This document shows positions 1-12,965 of a DNA stretch of 64,000 bases, in pieces (the first letter of the stretch is position 1; each line of letters begins with the position of its first letter). The stretch lies in the NCBI GenBank assembly GCA_963755195.1, contig CAVWIZ010000006.1, positions 193,731 through 257,730 on the forward strand. Reading direction: 5' to 3'. Origin of the DNA: an uncultured Acidobacteriota bacterium (GTDB taxonomy: Bacteria; Acidobacteriota; Vicinamibacteria; Vicinamibacterales; CAVVIG01). The notes under the pieces are model-generated. The model was not told the origin of the DNA. It saw only the letters and a list, made by a program, of their open reading frames with translations, and did not search any database. The position numbers were made by a program, and so were the translations under genes.

Positions 1-29
1 CGAGGGAGTTGCACTTGCTTGCCGGCGTC

Positions 30-593
30 ATGAGGCACACGCAATCGTCCGCCGGGTTTTCGCTCCTTGAAGCCTTGATCGCGACGGGCATCATGGCCGT
101 GGCCCTCGCCGCGCTCGGCCAGATGTTCGCCATCGCGGTGGCCAACAACACGTCGGCGCGCAGCGGCTCGTATGCGACGGTGCTGGCCGAGCAGAAAATG
201 GAACAGCTGCGCGGCCTGACGTGGGGCTTCGACACGCTGGGGCTCACGGTCGCCGATTCGACGACGAACACCGCCGCGGCGGTTGAGACGCCGGCTGGCG
301 GCACCGGTCTCAGTACGTCGCCGCGCGCCACACTCACCAGCAATGTCCCCGGCTATGTCGACTACCTGGACCAGTTCGGCAGCATCCTCGGCGGTGGGCC
401 TGTCATGCCGGCCAGCGCCGTCTACGTTCGGCGATGGTCGGTGGAACCCTTGCCCACGAGCCTCAACGCCCTGGTGCTCCAAGTGCTGGTGACCAAGCGC
501 GCCACTCGAGGAGCCGCCGACGTGGATGGAGCCACGCGCCGGTTGCCCGACGAGGCGCGGCTCGTCAGCGTGAAAGCGAGGAAAGCGCGATGA
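30..593 (+). CDS. prepilin-type N-terminal cleavage/methylation domain protein (PilV/GspH-like minor pilin)
   Basis: ORF 9..593. ATG at 30 gives a short basic leader MRHTQSSAG, then FSLLEALIATGIMAVALAAL (G|F cleavage site, Glu at +5, hydrophobic helix). This is a class III (prepilin) signal. The stop overlaps the next start (ATGA at 590-593). Confidence 0.8.
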   Translation: MRHTQSSAGFSLLEALIATGIMAVALAALGQMFAIAVANNTSARSGSYATVLAEQKMEQLRGLTWGFDTLGLTVADSTTNTAAAVETPAGGTGLSTSPRATLTSNVPGYVDYLDQFGSILGGGPVMPASAVYVRRWSVEPLPTSLNALVLQVLVTKRATRGAADVDGATRRLPDEARLVSVKARKAR

Positions 594-1795
594 CCGCGAA
601 AATGCGATCGTCGGCCGGCTTCACGCTGATCGAAGTACTCATCTCAACCGTCATCGTGCTGACCGTGACGGCGGCGGTGTTCTCCGTGCTCGACCCCGCG
701 CGGGGCCTGTTTCAAGCGCAGCCGGAGATGACCGATATTCAGCAGCGGTTGCGCGTCGGCGTGGATGCGCTGACGCACGACCTCGCGATGGCGGGCGCCG
801 GCGCCTATTTCGGCCCGCAGTCCGGAGGCCTCATCGGCTACTTCGCACCGATCCTGCCCTTTCGGCAGGGACGAATGGCGGCCTATGACGACGGCCCAGG
901 CGTATTCAGATCCGGCGCCATCACGATCATGTACGTGCCCTCTACGGCAGCGCAGTCAACCGTCCGCGGGGGGATGACGGGCGCAGTGTCGACGATTACC
1001 GTGAACGCTGAACCGGGTTGCCCGCTGGATGGTGGGTCGGTCGATCCGTTGTGCGGTTTCAGCGCGGACACCCCGAATGTGCTCGTCTACGATGCGACGG
1101 GCGCGTTTGACACCTTCGCGATCACGTCCGCGGACGCGGCCAGCGGGCAACTCACGCTTCAACACACGCAGCAGGGGACATCGTCACACGCCTACGCCGA
1201 CCGCGCCAGGATTGTGGAGGTCAGGCGGCACGTCTATTACCTCGACACGGCGAGCCAGCAGTTGATGCACTACGATGGCCTGTCCACGGCAACCGCGGTG
1301 CTCGACAACGTCGTTGGACTCGACTTCGAATACTACGGCGAACCGGGAGTCCCTGTATTCCGGTTGCCCGGCGTGGACCAAACAGTGACGTACGGGCCGG
1401 CGCCTCCCGCACCTGGGGTGACGCAGAGTCCATGGGCGGCCGGCGAGAACTGCACGTGGCAAGTCAGCAACGGTCAGCAGGTGCCGCGCCTCGAGCCACT
1501 GGGCGCGGCGGGCGCCGTTGGTCTCGTGAAGTTCACATCCGCCCAATTGACCGACGGTCCCTGGTGTCCCGACCCGGGCAGCACGAACCGGTACGACGCC
1601 GACCTCCTGCGCATTCGGAAAGTGCGAGTCACTCTTCGGCTGCAGACCGGCAACGCCGCGCTTCGTGGATCGCTGACGACCGGGAATGCCGCGTTGTTTG
1701 CCAATCCCGGCACGGCGACGAACGCGGCGCGGACCGTTTCGGATCAGGCCATCCGGTTCGACGTCAGCCCGCGGAACATGAATCTCGGCAGGTGA
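590..1795 (+). CDS. prepilin-type N-terminal cleavage/methylation domain protein (PilW-like minor pilin)
   Basis: Internal ATG of ORF 434..1795, overlapping the previous stop. N-terminus MTAKMRSSAG|FTLIEVLISTVIVLTVTAAVF has a prepilin leader, G|F site, Glu5 and hydrophobic helix. 401 aa, which fits the size and position of PilW-type minor pilins. Confidence 0.8.
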   Translation: MTAKMRSSAGFTLIEVLISTVIVLTVTAAVFSVLDPARGLFQAQPEMTDIQQRLRVGVDALTHDLAMAGAGAYFGPQSGGLIGYFAPILPFRQGRMAAYDDGPGVFRSGAITIMYVPSTAAQSTVRGGMTGAVSTITVNAEPGCPLDGGSVDPLCGFSADTPNVLVYDATGAFDTFAITSADAASGQLTLQHTQQGTSSHAYADRARIVEVRRHVYYLDTASQQLMHYDGLSTATAVLDNVVGLDFEYYGEPGVPVFRLPGVDQTVTYGPAPPAPGVTQSPWAAGENCTWQVSNGQQVPRLEPLGAAGAVGLVKFTSAQLTDGPWCPDPGSTNRYDADLLRIRKVRVTLRLQTGNAALRGSLTTGNAALFANPGTATNAARTVSDQAIRFDVSPRNMNLGR

Positions 1796-1797
1796 GT

Positions 1798-2580
1798 ATG
1801 GTGAATACCCAAGCCGCCGGTTCCCGCCCCGGCAATCTACATCAAGAGCGCGGTGTGGTTCTCATCGTGACCCTGATGGCCATGTTGATGATGATCGCCC
1901 TCGGCACGGCGCTCATCCTGACGACTGGCACCGAGTCGTTGATTACGCGCAGCTTCAGGAACAGGTCGGAAGCCCTCTATGCGGCCGACGCCGTCCTCGA
2001 GCGCACCGTTGACGAGTTGCCCGCGATTTCCGACTGGAACACGCTGTTGGCGGGCATCGCCCAATCGACGTTCACCGATGGTCCGCCAAACGGCGCGCGC
2101 GCCCTCGCCGACGGCAGGCGCCTCGATCTGGGCGAGGTTCTCAATATCGCGAACTGCCAGCAGGCCGCCGCCTGCTCGATCGCCGAGATGGATCGGCCGA
2201 CCTCCCAACGGCCCTGGGGTTTGAACAACCCGAGGTGGCAGCCGTTTGCCTGGGGCCGCCTCAACGACATCGCCCAGACCGGCACCGTGAATTCGCCGTT
2301 CTACGTGATCGTGATGGTGAGCGACGATCCGTCCGAAAACGACAACGATCCGCTGCGGGATGGTTCGACGGTCTGTGGGGCGGGCCAGACGTCGGAGTGT
2401 AATCCGGGGACCGGGGTACTGGCGCTGCGCGGTGAAGCCTTCGGACCGTTCGGGGCCCATAAAATCATCGAGATGACAGTGTCGCGGGCCAGCATCGCGA
2501 CCTCCGAAGACGCACAGGGCTACAATAGTGGCATCGGTCAGGGGGGCGTGCGCATCCTGTCATGGCGCGAAGTGAGGTAG
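1798..2580 (+). CDS. PilX-N-terminal-domain-like pilus assembly protein
   Basis: ATG at 1798, 2 nt after the previous stop (internal to ORF 1432..2580). N-terminus ...HQERGVVLIVTLMAMLMMIALGTALILTTGTES resembles the PilX N-terminal hydrophobic segment and has no G|F site. It is third in a translationally coupled pilin-like trio. Confidence 0.6.
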   Translation: MVNTQAAGSRPGNLHQERGVVLIVTLMAMLMMIALGTALILTTGTESLITRSFRNRSEALYAADAVLERTVDELPAISDWNTLLAGIAQSTFTDGPPNGARALADGRRLDLGEVLNIANCQQAAACSIAEMDRPTSQRPWGLNNPRWQPFAWGRLNDIAQTGTVNSPFYVIVMVSDDPSENDNDPLRDGSTVCGAGQTSECNPGTGVLALRGEAFGPFGAHKIIEMTVSRASIATSEDAQGYNSGIGQGGVRILSWREVR

Positions 2581-2595
2581 CAGCTGCCTAAGACG

Positions 2596-3480
2596 ATGAA
2601 CACCGGATACGTCGTCTGCGCCAAGTGCGGCGCACGCATCAAGGCGGATCGTGACTGGTGTCTGCGGTGCCAGGCGCCGCTGGTTCCGGCGAAGTCGCCC
2701 GATCTGGCATTGCCCAGGTGGCTGCAGGCCCTGGGCGGCGGCACGATGATCTTCGCCGTGGTCGGCGTTCTCGCGCTGGCCCTCGTCGGCGTCACTGTCT
2801 GGCAGTCGCGTTCGCCGGTCCTCGACACCCTCGCACGTCCCGCGCCGCCTCCAGCGCCAGCCGGCGGAGACTCGCCGGTGATTCCCGACTCCACGCTTAC
2901 TCCTGTGCGACCCGTCAGCCTCTTTTCTGCCACGTTTCTCGACGCCAAGCGAAACGGCGCGAAGGAATTGTCAGACGGCGATCTGGCGGCTGCCCGCACG
3001 CGCTACGAACAGACTCTGGCCAAGGCGCCCGACGATCCGGAGGCGCTCAACAACCTGGGCCTCACGCTCGAGCGGCTCGGGCAAGGCGACGATGCGATCA
3101 AGCGTTTTTCACGCGCAGTCCAGCTGGTGCCCCAGAATTGGGCATACCGTCTCAACCTGGCGCATGCGCTCTCGGAAAAACAGGACTGGGACCGTGCGGT
3201 GGCCGAGTACCGCGTCGCGGTCAGCCTGTATCCGACCGATTCTGCGACGCAGTACAACCTGGCGATGACGCTGCAGGCGAAGGGCGACGATCAGGCGGCG
3301 ATAACTGCGTTGGAAAAGGCCGTCCAGCTCGCTCCGGGCGAGCCGGCTACTCACCTGGCGCTGGCGACCGGCCTGGAGAAAGCCGGGCGCGTCGCTGAGG
3401 CCCGGGTCGAGTACCAGAAGTACGTCGACCTGGTGCCGGATGCTCCCGACGCCGAGGCGGTGAGAGCGCACCTCAGATAA
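2596..3480 (+). CDS. zinc-ribbon / single-TM / tetratricopeptide (TPR) repeat protein
   Basis: 294-aa ORF. It has an N-terminal CxxC..CxxC ribbon (CAKCGARIKADRDWCLRC), a TM helix (MIFAVVGVLALALVGVTVW), a Pro-rich linker, then several TPR units (ALNNLGLTLERLGQGDDAIKRFSRAVQL, YNLAMTLQAKGDDQAAITALEKAVQL, LALATGLEKAGRVAEARVEYQKYVDL). Confidence 0.8.
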   Translation: MNTGYVVCAKCGARIKADRDWCLRCQAPLVPAKSPDLALPRWLQALGGGTMIFAVVGVLALALVGVTVWQSRSPVLDTLARPAPPPAPAGGDSPVIPDSTLTPVRPVSLFSATFLDAKRNGAKELSDGDLAAARTRYEQTLAKAPDDPEALNNLGLTLERLGQGDDAIKRFSRAVQLVPQNWAYRLNLAHALSEKQDWDRAVAEYRVAVSLYPTDSATQYNLAMTLQAKGDDQAAITALEKAVQLAPGEPATHLALATGLEKAGRVAEARVEYQKYVDLVPDAPDAEAVRAHLR

Positions 3481-3568
3481 CGTCGCAAACGCGGAAATCC
3501 TTCGGAATTGTGGCTGGCAGGCAGGCCTCACGTCGAGTAGATATCGAGCCGATAGAAAGGCAGAACCT

Positions 3569-4141
3569 ATGCGTCTAATTACATATTTGGCGCCTGTCGT
3601 CGTTGTTGTGGGGTTGGCCGGCGTGGTTCGTCCCGTCCAGGCCCAGTCGCTTGCCGACCTGGCGCGCGCGGAGGAGGAACGGCGCAAGGACGTCAAAGTC
3701 CCGGCCAAGGTCATCACCGACAAAGACCTGAAGGCCGTGCCCGGTCCACCGCCCGGCGTCGTGTCGTCCACCCCTTCGACGGAGGCGGCCAAGGACGCCA
3801 CCGCCACGCAGGCTCAGGACGACAAGGACAAAGAGGACAAAGAGAAAGACAAAGCGTCAAAGGGCCAGGCCTACTGGGCGGGCCGCAAGAAGGAACTGCA
3901 GGACAAGTTCGAGCAGGATCGGCGGTTCGCCGATGCGCTACAAAGCAGAATCAACGCCTTGACGGCCGATTTTACCGCCCGTGACGATCCGGCTCAACGC
4001 CGGTTGATCGAGGTTGATCGCCAGAAGGCCCTTGCCGATCTCGGTCGTCTCCAAACGAGCGTCGAGGCCGGCAAGAAGGCCCTCGCCGACCTCGACGAGG
4101 AAGCGCGCAAGGCTGGCGTGCCGCCCGGCTGGCTGCGGTGA
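3569..4141 (+). CDS. hypothetical secreted coiled-coil protein
   Basis: 190-aa ORF with a signal peptide (MRLITYLAPVVVVVGLAGVVRPVQAQ), a Lys/Asp/Glu-rich low-complexity middle and a C-terminal heptad-like region. The stop overlaps the GTG start of the next gene (GTGA at 4138-4141). Confidence 0.6.
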   Translation: MRLITYLAPVVVVVGLAGVVRPVQAQSLADLARAEEERRKDVKVPAKVITDKDLKAVPGPPPGVVSSTPSTEAAKDATATQAQDDKDKEDKEKDKASKGQAYWAGRKKELQDKFEQDRRFADALQSRINALTADFTARDDPAQRRLIEVDRQKALADLGRLQTSVEAGKKALADLDEEARKAGVPPGWLR

Positions 4142-5569
4142 GCCCCCGCGCGCGCCGCGGGGTCGATCCTCCGATTTTGCTGGTGGAGGACAAGGACTCG
4201 CTGCGCACCATGCTCCGCCTTGCGCTCGAAGCGCAGGATCACACCGTCATAGAAGCCCGCGACCAGCCTGAGGCCGTTGCGGCCATGCACAGCGCGCGAC
4301 CAGGGGTGGTCTTGTCCGACCTTCGCTTGCCCGTCGGCGATGGGTTCGGCGTGTTGCGCGCCGCGAAGGAACTCGACCCCGAGATGCCGGTCATCGTGAT
4401 GACGGCCTTTGGCAGCATCCAGGACGCGGTGGCCGCGATGAGGGAAGGCGCGCTCGACTTTCTCGCCAAGCCGGTCGATCCCGATCACCTGCTCCTGATG
4501 GTGGAACGCGCGCTGACCCAACGCCGTCTGGCCACCGAAAACATTCTGCTCAAGGAGGAATTGGCGACGCGCCGAGGCGGACCGCAGATCATCGGTGAGG
4601 ATCCGCGGCTGAAACAGGTGATGGTCCAGCTGCAGCGTGCGGCCGGGACCGACACCACCGTGCTCCTCGAGGGCGAGAGCGGAACCGGCAAGGAGCTGTT
4701 TGCGCGCGCGCTGCACGTCCTCAGCCCGCGGGCCGACGGTCCGTTTGTCGCCATCAACTGCGCCGCCATTCCCGAGAACCTGCTCGAAACCGAGCTCTTC
4801 GGGTACGAGAAAGGCGCGTTCACCGGCGCGGGAGCACGCAAGCCCGGCAAGTTCGAGCTCGCCCACCGCGGCACGCTGTTTCTCGACGAGATCGGCGATC
4901 TCCCGTTGTCGCTGCAGGCCAAGATCCTCCGCGCGCTCGAAGAGAAGCGCTTCGAGCGCGTCGGCGGCACCGCCCTGCTGCAGGTGGATGTCCGTGTGGT
5001 CGCCGCCACCAACCGCAATCTGCGCGCGGCGATTGCGGCCAGGCAATTCCGCGAGGATCTCTACTTCCGCCTGTCGGTGTTTCCGATTACGATTCCGCCG
5101 CTGCGCGACCGGCCGGACGACATCACGATGCTCGCGACGCACTTCATCGAGCGCTTCTGCCGCGATCAGAACAAGCACCCGCTCATGCTGGCGCCCGTCG
5201 GCGGTGGAGGAACTGCTGGCGTATCGGTGGCCCGGAAATGTGCGTGAGCTGCAGAACTGCATCGAGCGCGCGGTCATCCTCACCGAGGGCGACACGATTC
5301 ACGCGCGCCATTTGAGTCTGTCGTTCCGCCAGCCGGCAGCGGCCGCGGTGGAGATGGCAGGCGCCACGGAAGTGAGCCCGTGGGAGCGCGTCGATTTGTC
5401 GGGAACACTGGCTGGTGCGACCCAGCGCGTCGTCGGCGAAGTCGAGCGTCGCAAGATCGAGCAGGCCCTTCAGGAGGCCGGAGGGAATCGCGCGAAGGCC
5501 GCTGAAGCGCTGCAAGTCGGCTTCAAGGCGTTCACGGCCAAACTCCGGGAACACGGTCTGGACGCCTGA
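4138..5569 (+). pseudogene. sigma-54-dependent Fis-family response regulator (NtrC/PilR-like), one frameshift
   Basis: Receiver domain (ILLVEDKDSL...VLSDLRLPVGDG...KPV). AAA+ sigma-54 interaction domain (GESGTGKELFARALH, GAFTGA, FLDEIGDL, RVVAATN, FREDLYFRL). The frame changes near 5195 (extra C in GCGCCCGTCG). The continuation in ORF 4637..5569 gives YRWPGNVRELQNCIERAVIL and a C-terminal Fis-type HTH (GGNRAKAAEALQVGFKAFTAKLREHGL). Confidence 0.85.
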
Positions 5570-5593
5570 CCCTCAGCCCTTCGAGCCGCAGTC

Positions 5594-8337
<2,744 letters not shown>

Positions 8338-8341
<4 letters not shown>

Positions 8342-10194
8342 AACAGTCCAAGTTCCTGATCCATACGTATCGCGAGACACCGCGCGACGCCGACGTCGTC
8401 AGCCAGCAGCTCATGATGCGCGCGGGCATGATCCAGAGAGTCGCGGCCGGCATCTACGATTACCTGCCGCTGGCCCTGCGAAGCATTCGAAAGTTCGAGG
8501 CGATCGTCCGCGAAGAGCTCGCGAAGGACGGCTGCCAGGAACTGCTGATGCCCACCGTGCAGCCGCAGAGAGCTGTGGGACGAGAGCGGCCGCTGGCAGT
8601 TCTACGGCAAAGAGCTCTTGCGTTTCAAGGATCGCAAAGACGCGGACTTCTGCCTGGGCCCGACCCATGAAGAGGTCGTGACGGACATCATCCGCAAGAT
8701 CATCACGAGCTACAAGCAGCTTCCGCTGAACGTCTTTCAGATCCAGATCGAAGTTTCGCGACGAGATTCGCCCGCGCTTCGGTCTGATGCGGGGCCGCGA
8801 GTTCATCATGAAGGACGCGTATTCGTTCCACGTCGACGACGCCGACGCGGACCGCGAGTACTGGAGGATGTTCGAGGCCTACAAGCGGATCTTCGGACGG
8901 CTCGGGGTCAAGTTCCGGCCCGTCGAAGCCGACAGCGGCGCCATCGGCGGAAGCTTCACGCACGAGTTCCACGTGCTCGCCGACAGCGGTGAGGACGCGA
9001 TTCTGAGCTGCGACACGTGCGAGTACACGTCGAACGTGGAGAAGACCGAAGCGCCTCAGTTGCCGTTTCCGCTACGCGTCGGAATCCGTGCTCGAACTGC
9101 AGCGCGCGCATTTTCACACGCCGGGGATCGTGTCGATGGAGGAGCAGGCCAGGGCGTTCCGCGACGACACGCACAAGGGGCTTCCCCTCGATCACGCCTC
9201 GAAGTTCTATCTGTTCCGCGTCACGAAGGGCGACACGGCATCGGATGTCGGCGTCGTGCTGCGAAGCGATCACGAGCCAAATCTGGTCAAGGTGAAGAAT
9301 CTGACTGGGCGCCGATTCCATCGAGCTCACGCCGATTGCCGAGGCCGAAAAGCGCGCGGGCGCGCCGTCAGGCTTCATCGGGCCGGTCGAGCTCGATGTG
9401 CCTGTCTATGTCGATCGAAGCCTCGATGGCGCGTTCAATCTCACGTGCGGCGCGAACACGAGAGGGCTATCACCATTTCGGATTCAAGCCGGATCGCGAT
9501 CTGAAGCAGTTCAAGGGCTTTCACGATCTTCGCAGTGGCCGTCGAAGGCGACGCCTGCACGCGCTGCGGCAAGGGGAAGTACCAGAGCTTCCGCGGCATC
9601 GAGGTCGGGCAGGTCTTCAAGCTCGGCACGAAGTACTCGACAGCGATGGGCTGCAACTATCTCGACGAAGGCGGCGTCAGCAAGCCCATGGTGATGGGAT
9701 GCTACGGCATCGGCATCACGCGAACCGTCGCGGCCGTCATGGAGCAGGGTCACGACGCGGACGGCATCATCTGGCCCTGGGCGGTGGCGCCGTTCCACGT
9801 CCACCTGCTGAGTCTCGACGCAGGCAACGCGGACGTTGCCGCCGCCGCGGAACGGGCCGAGCGCGATCTCGAGGCGGCGGGCTTCGAGGTCCTGCACGAC
9901 GATCGCGACGGCCTGAGCCCCGGCGTCAAGTTCAAGGACGCCGATCTCCTCGGCATGCCTCTTCGCGTCGTCGTCGGCGCCAAGGGGCTGAAGGACGGCA
10001 CGATCGAATTGAGAGACCGGCGAACGAAGAAGATGGAGAAAGTCCCGTTCGACCAGCTTGTCGCCGCGGCTCGAGAGTTCGCTAAGTCGTCTGACGAGAT
10101 CGACGGCCAGCGCTTCTCGAATCTTCTTCATCACCGCGTGCCGCCGCGTCAGCCGTCGCGCGCGACGATGGCGTGGAAGGCGTCCGCGAGGTGA
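8338..10194 (+). pseudogene. proS: proline--tRNA ligase (bacterial type with INS domain), multiply frameshifted
   Basis: The ATG overlaps the nadB stop. Motifs lie across frames: N-terminus [49 protein letters not shown]; [23 protein letters not shown]...[12 protein letters not shown]; [15 protein letters not shown]; [20 protein letters not shown]; INS region [17 protein letters not shown]; C-terminal core [15 protein letters not shown]...[18 protein letters not shown] and an anticodon-binding domain. At least 7 frame changes. The 3' end is uncertain: a TAA at 10083-10085 in another frame may be the true stop. Confidence 0.85.
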
Positions 10195-11093
10195 TCGCGC
10201 CACCAGCCGATCCGTCGCGCGCGCAGTGCGCGGTGGCGATGGCTTCGAGGCACGATGGCGTCGCCGATGAGTGACAGCGCGGCCAGGAATTCCACTGGCA
10301 GGGCCGTCGCTCGCACTTTCGAGCGCTTCTCGAAGATCGTAGAGCACCCAGACGACTCGACCGCTTTGCCAGCGCGACGTGCGCCGTCGCCCCGCGCGCG
10401 GGTCCACTCGCTGCGGCGTGCCGGCGGCTCTGACGCCTCCCGCTCGCGAACGCGCTCGACGATGCGGTGCAGCAGCGGGAGGGAAGCGGCCGAACTGTGC
10501 GTGCCGAGGAGCCGCCGCAACGTGTCCAGGTCGGGCAGCTCACCTTCCGCCGCGGCGGCCATCTGGTCGGCGGCCGGCGCATCCGGCCTGGGCTGGCCGC
10601 GACGCGCGGCCGTCGCCCGCTCCCGAACAGCGCGACTCGGATCGCGCGCAAGCGCCTGCCAAAGCGGTTCGAGCGCTGACGGTTCGAGATCGCCGAGCGC
10701 ATCCAGGGCGTCGAGCCGAACCGTTTCGCGACACGCCTGGTTCAGCACGAGCCTGATCAACCGGTCGAGAGCGGCGCTGCCGCGCCGGCCTTTGAGGAAG
10801 ACGCGAACCACCGCCACGGCGGCTCCCGCCACCGCGGCGTCAACGTCGGCCGTCGCGCGCTCCGCCGCGTCGAGGGCTCGTGGGTCGCCGAGCGCTTCGA
10901 GCGCGCGGAGCGCGGCCGTTCGGGCTGTCGCTCCAGCGTCGAGCCGATCGACGACGTCTATCAGGCGTTCGACGGCGCGGGGACCGATCACCGTCAGGCG
11001 GGCGACGGCGGTTTCGCGAGTGACGGCGCTCTCGGAACCGAGAGCAGACACGAGATCGTCGATAGCCCTGGCGGACGATGTGCGAATGGTCAC
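10149..11093 (-). CDS. HEAT-repeat protein
   Basis: 314-aa ORF with repeated Ala/Leu/Arg-rich helical units containing the motif ...R..A..ALG.LGDPRA..AL (TRETAVARLTVIGPRAVERL, RTAALRALEALGDPRALDAA, RLDALDALGDLEPSALEPL). The C-terminal third may contain a compensated indel, because a YDLREALES-like segment appears in another frame. Function is unknown. Confidence 0.55.
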   Translation of the reverse strand: MTIRTSSARAIDDLVSALGSESAVTRETAVARLTVIGPRAVERLIDVVDRLDAGATARTAALRALEALGDPRALDAAERATADVDAAVAGAAVAVVRVFLKGRRGSAALDRLIRLVLNQACRETVRLDALDALGDLEPSALEPLWQALARDPSRAVRERATAARRGQPRPDAPAADQMAAAAEGELPDLDTLRRLLGTHSSAASLPLLHRIVERVREREASEPPARRSEWTRARGDGARRAGKAVESSGCSTIFEKRSKVRATALPVEFLAALSLIGDAIVPRSHRHRALRARRIGWWRDHLADAFHAIVARDG

Positions 11094-11109
11094 CGCGGCC
11101 GATCGTACA

Positions 11110-11138
11110 AGAAAAAGGGCGGGCCCGAAGGCCCGCCC
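11110..11138 (-). terminator. intrinsic terminator downstream of the OmpA-family gene
   Basis: The minus strand reads GGGCGGGCC-TTCG-GGCCCGCCC followed by TTTTTCTTGT. This is a 9-bp GC stem, a tetraloop and a T-tract, about 35 nt after the stop at 11173. Confidence 0.7.
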
Positions 11139-11172
11139 TGTATGACCGCCGACCGGGCTCCGAACGGCCCGG

Positions 11173-12877
11173 CTACTGCACTTTCACCACGAGCGCGGCC
11201 CGCCGGTTCAGGCGACGCGTTTCTTCACGTGCGTTGTCGAACTTCGGGCTCTCTTCCCCGTAGCTTCGCGTTTCGAGCCGAGCCAACGGGACGCCGCGCG
11301 AGACCAGATAGTTGCGGACGCTCGCGGCGCGTCGTTCGCCGAGCGCGAGGTTGTATTCGGCCGTGCCGATGCTGCACGTGTGCCCTTCGATGACGACGTT
11401 CCTGGTGGGGTTCGCCTGGAGCTTTGTCACCGCATCGTCGAGCAGGCGTAGTGCTTCGGGGCGCAAGGTCGATCGATCGAAGTCGAAGTACCACGTCCTC
11501 GAAGTTCAATTCGACCACCGGCCTCGGTCTCACCTGAATCGTGACCGAGTCGGACGCCGTCTTGTTGTCGGACGGGCACGTCACCGTGACCGTCACCGGC
11601 ACGCTGCCTGCCTGATTCGGCGCCGTCCAGACCGTTTGTCGTGCGGTCGGATTCGCGAACGTGCCGGTGGGCGCTGTCCAGCGGTAGGTTACGGCGCAAC
11701 TGATGGAGCTCTGCGCGACGGCCGTCACCGTCGATGTCCCTCCAACCTCCACGGTGCACGGGTCGCACTGCGCGCGCACTGAAAGATTGTGCGCCGCTGG
11801 TGCGGGCGCCGCGGCCGGTGCCGGCGCGGGCGGTGGAGGCGGCGGAGGCGGCGCGTAGGCCCGCACTCCCGGGTGATAGCCGATCCGGATCTGCCAGTCG
11901 ACGAAGTCGCCGGTGGCACCCTCGTCTGTCTGGAAGCCCGAACGGTCTTGCATCGGGACGTTCCAGCTGACGCCGCCGCCGATGAAGAACCCGGACTTGC
12001 TCTGCCAGTTGATGGCGGCCGTCAGGCGCGTGAGATTTTCGGTGTTCGAAACAGTCGGCGGACGGCTGCCATCGAACCCGACGAGCGACGTGTTCGTCAG
12101 TGTGGCCGTGCCTGAGGATGGCACGACGCCGTTGACCTCAAAGATGCCGCGGAGGGGGTTGCGCGATGGGAATCCCGCGCCGCCGCCCCACCGGAACGCG
12201 CCGCCGGGGCCGTCGACACCGTCGGCGCTGCCCCGCGCCTCGAAGCCGCCGTACGCCGACAGTTCGACTCTTTTCTGGGCCTCTTTGCTGACGATGGCGT
12301 CGACAAGGAAATCGGCCTTGCCGGTGCTTGCGCCGCCGTCAACGCTGCCGGTCGGCGCCTTGACCATCGCGCGCAGCGCAACGGCGGGAGAATTCTTCTT
12401 GGTCTGCGAGATCAGACCGAACTTGACGCCCAGGTAGAAATCGCCGACGTTGTTCCCCGTCCACCCCGTCTTCACGCCCGGATAGCGGTCGATGATGCCG
12501 CCCACGTTGCTGTCGTTGATGAAGAGCGGCCGCAGGTCGCGATCGATGCGCGTATCGACGAGAAACGACCCGAACACCTCGACCCGGTTCCTGATGCCGA
12601 CGCCAAAGGTGCCGGCAAAGTCACCCACGTTCGAGAAGCCCTGGATGTAGTTGGTGCCGCGGCGATAGCCGCTGCCCGACCATTTCCCGTCCGGCAGGAT
12701 TTCGGCGGTGGGCACGAACCACAACCCGGTATCGCCGAAGAAGGTTGTCGTGGCCGGGCGCGTGTCTTCGGAAGAAGGCGACGTCGAGGCCGGCGGCGTT
12801 GTCTGGGCGCCGGCAGTCGTGGCCCACAGCGCGCACGCCGCTGTTGTCAGGCCGATGAAGCGAAGTGTAGTCGTCAT
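11173..12877 (-). pseudogene. OmpA-family outer membrane protein (beta-barrel + Pro linker + Ig-like domain + OmpA_C), one frameshift
   Basis: Signal peptide MTTTLRFIGLTTAACALWATTAGAQ, then a beta-barrel-like region of about 330 aa. The PPPPPPPPAPAPAAAPAPAA linker is followed by a Cys-containing beta-rich domain. The frame changes near 11491 (GACGTGGTACTTC, extra G) into ORF 11173..11466, which has the OmpA C-terminal motifs (YFDFDRSTLRPEA..., VVIEGHTCSIGTAEYNLALGERRAASVRNYLVSRGV). Confidence 0.8.
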
Positions 12878-12965
12878 AAGGCTGTACCTCCCGCGGTAAC
12901 AGCGGTCACAAGTCTACTGAACCTGTCACCCTACTCTGCAATATAGAACGGGCGGCTGGAAATTG

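Noticed and set aside
10085-10194. An apparent 46-bp convergent overlap between proS (ORF end 10194) and the HEAT-repeat gene (end 10149).
   Set aside because: This is probably not real. ProS homologues end shortly after the ...LRDRRT..E.V....L... segment, and a TAA at 10083-10085 lies one frame away. A further indel near the proS 3' end would remove the overlap.
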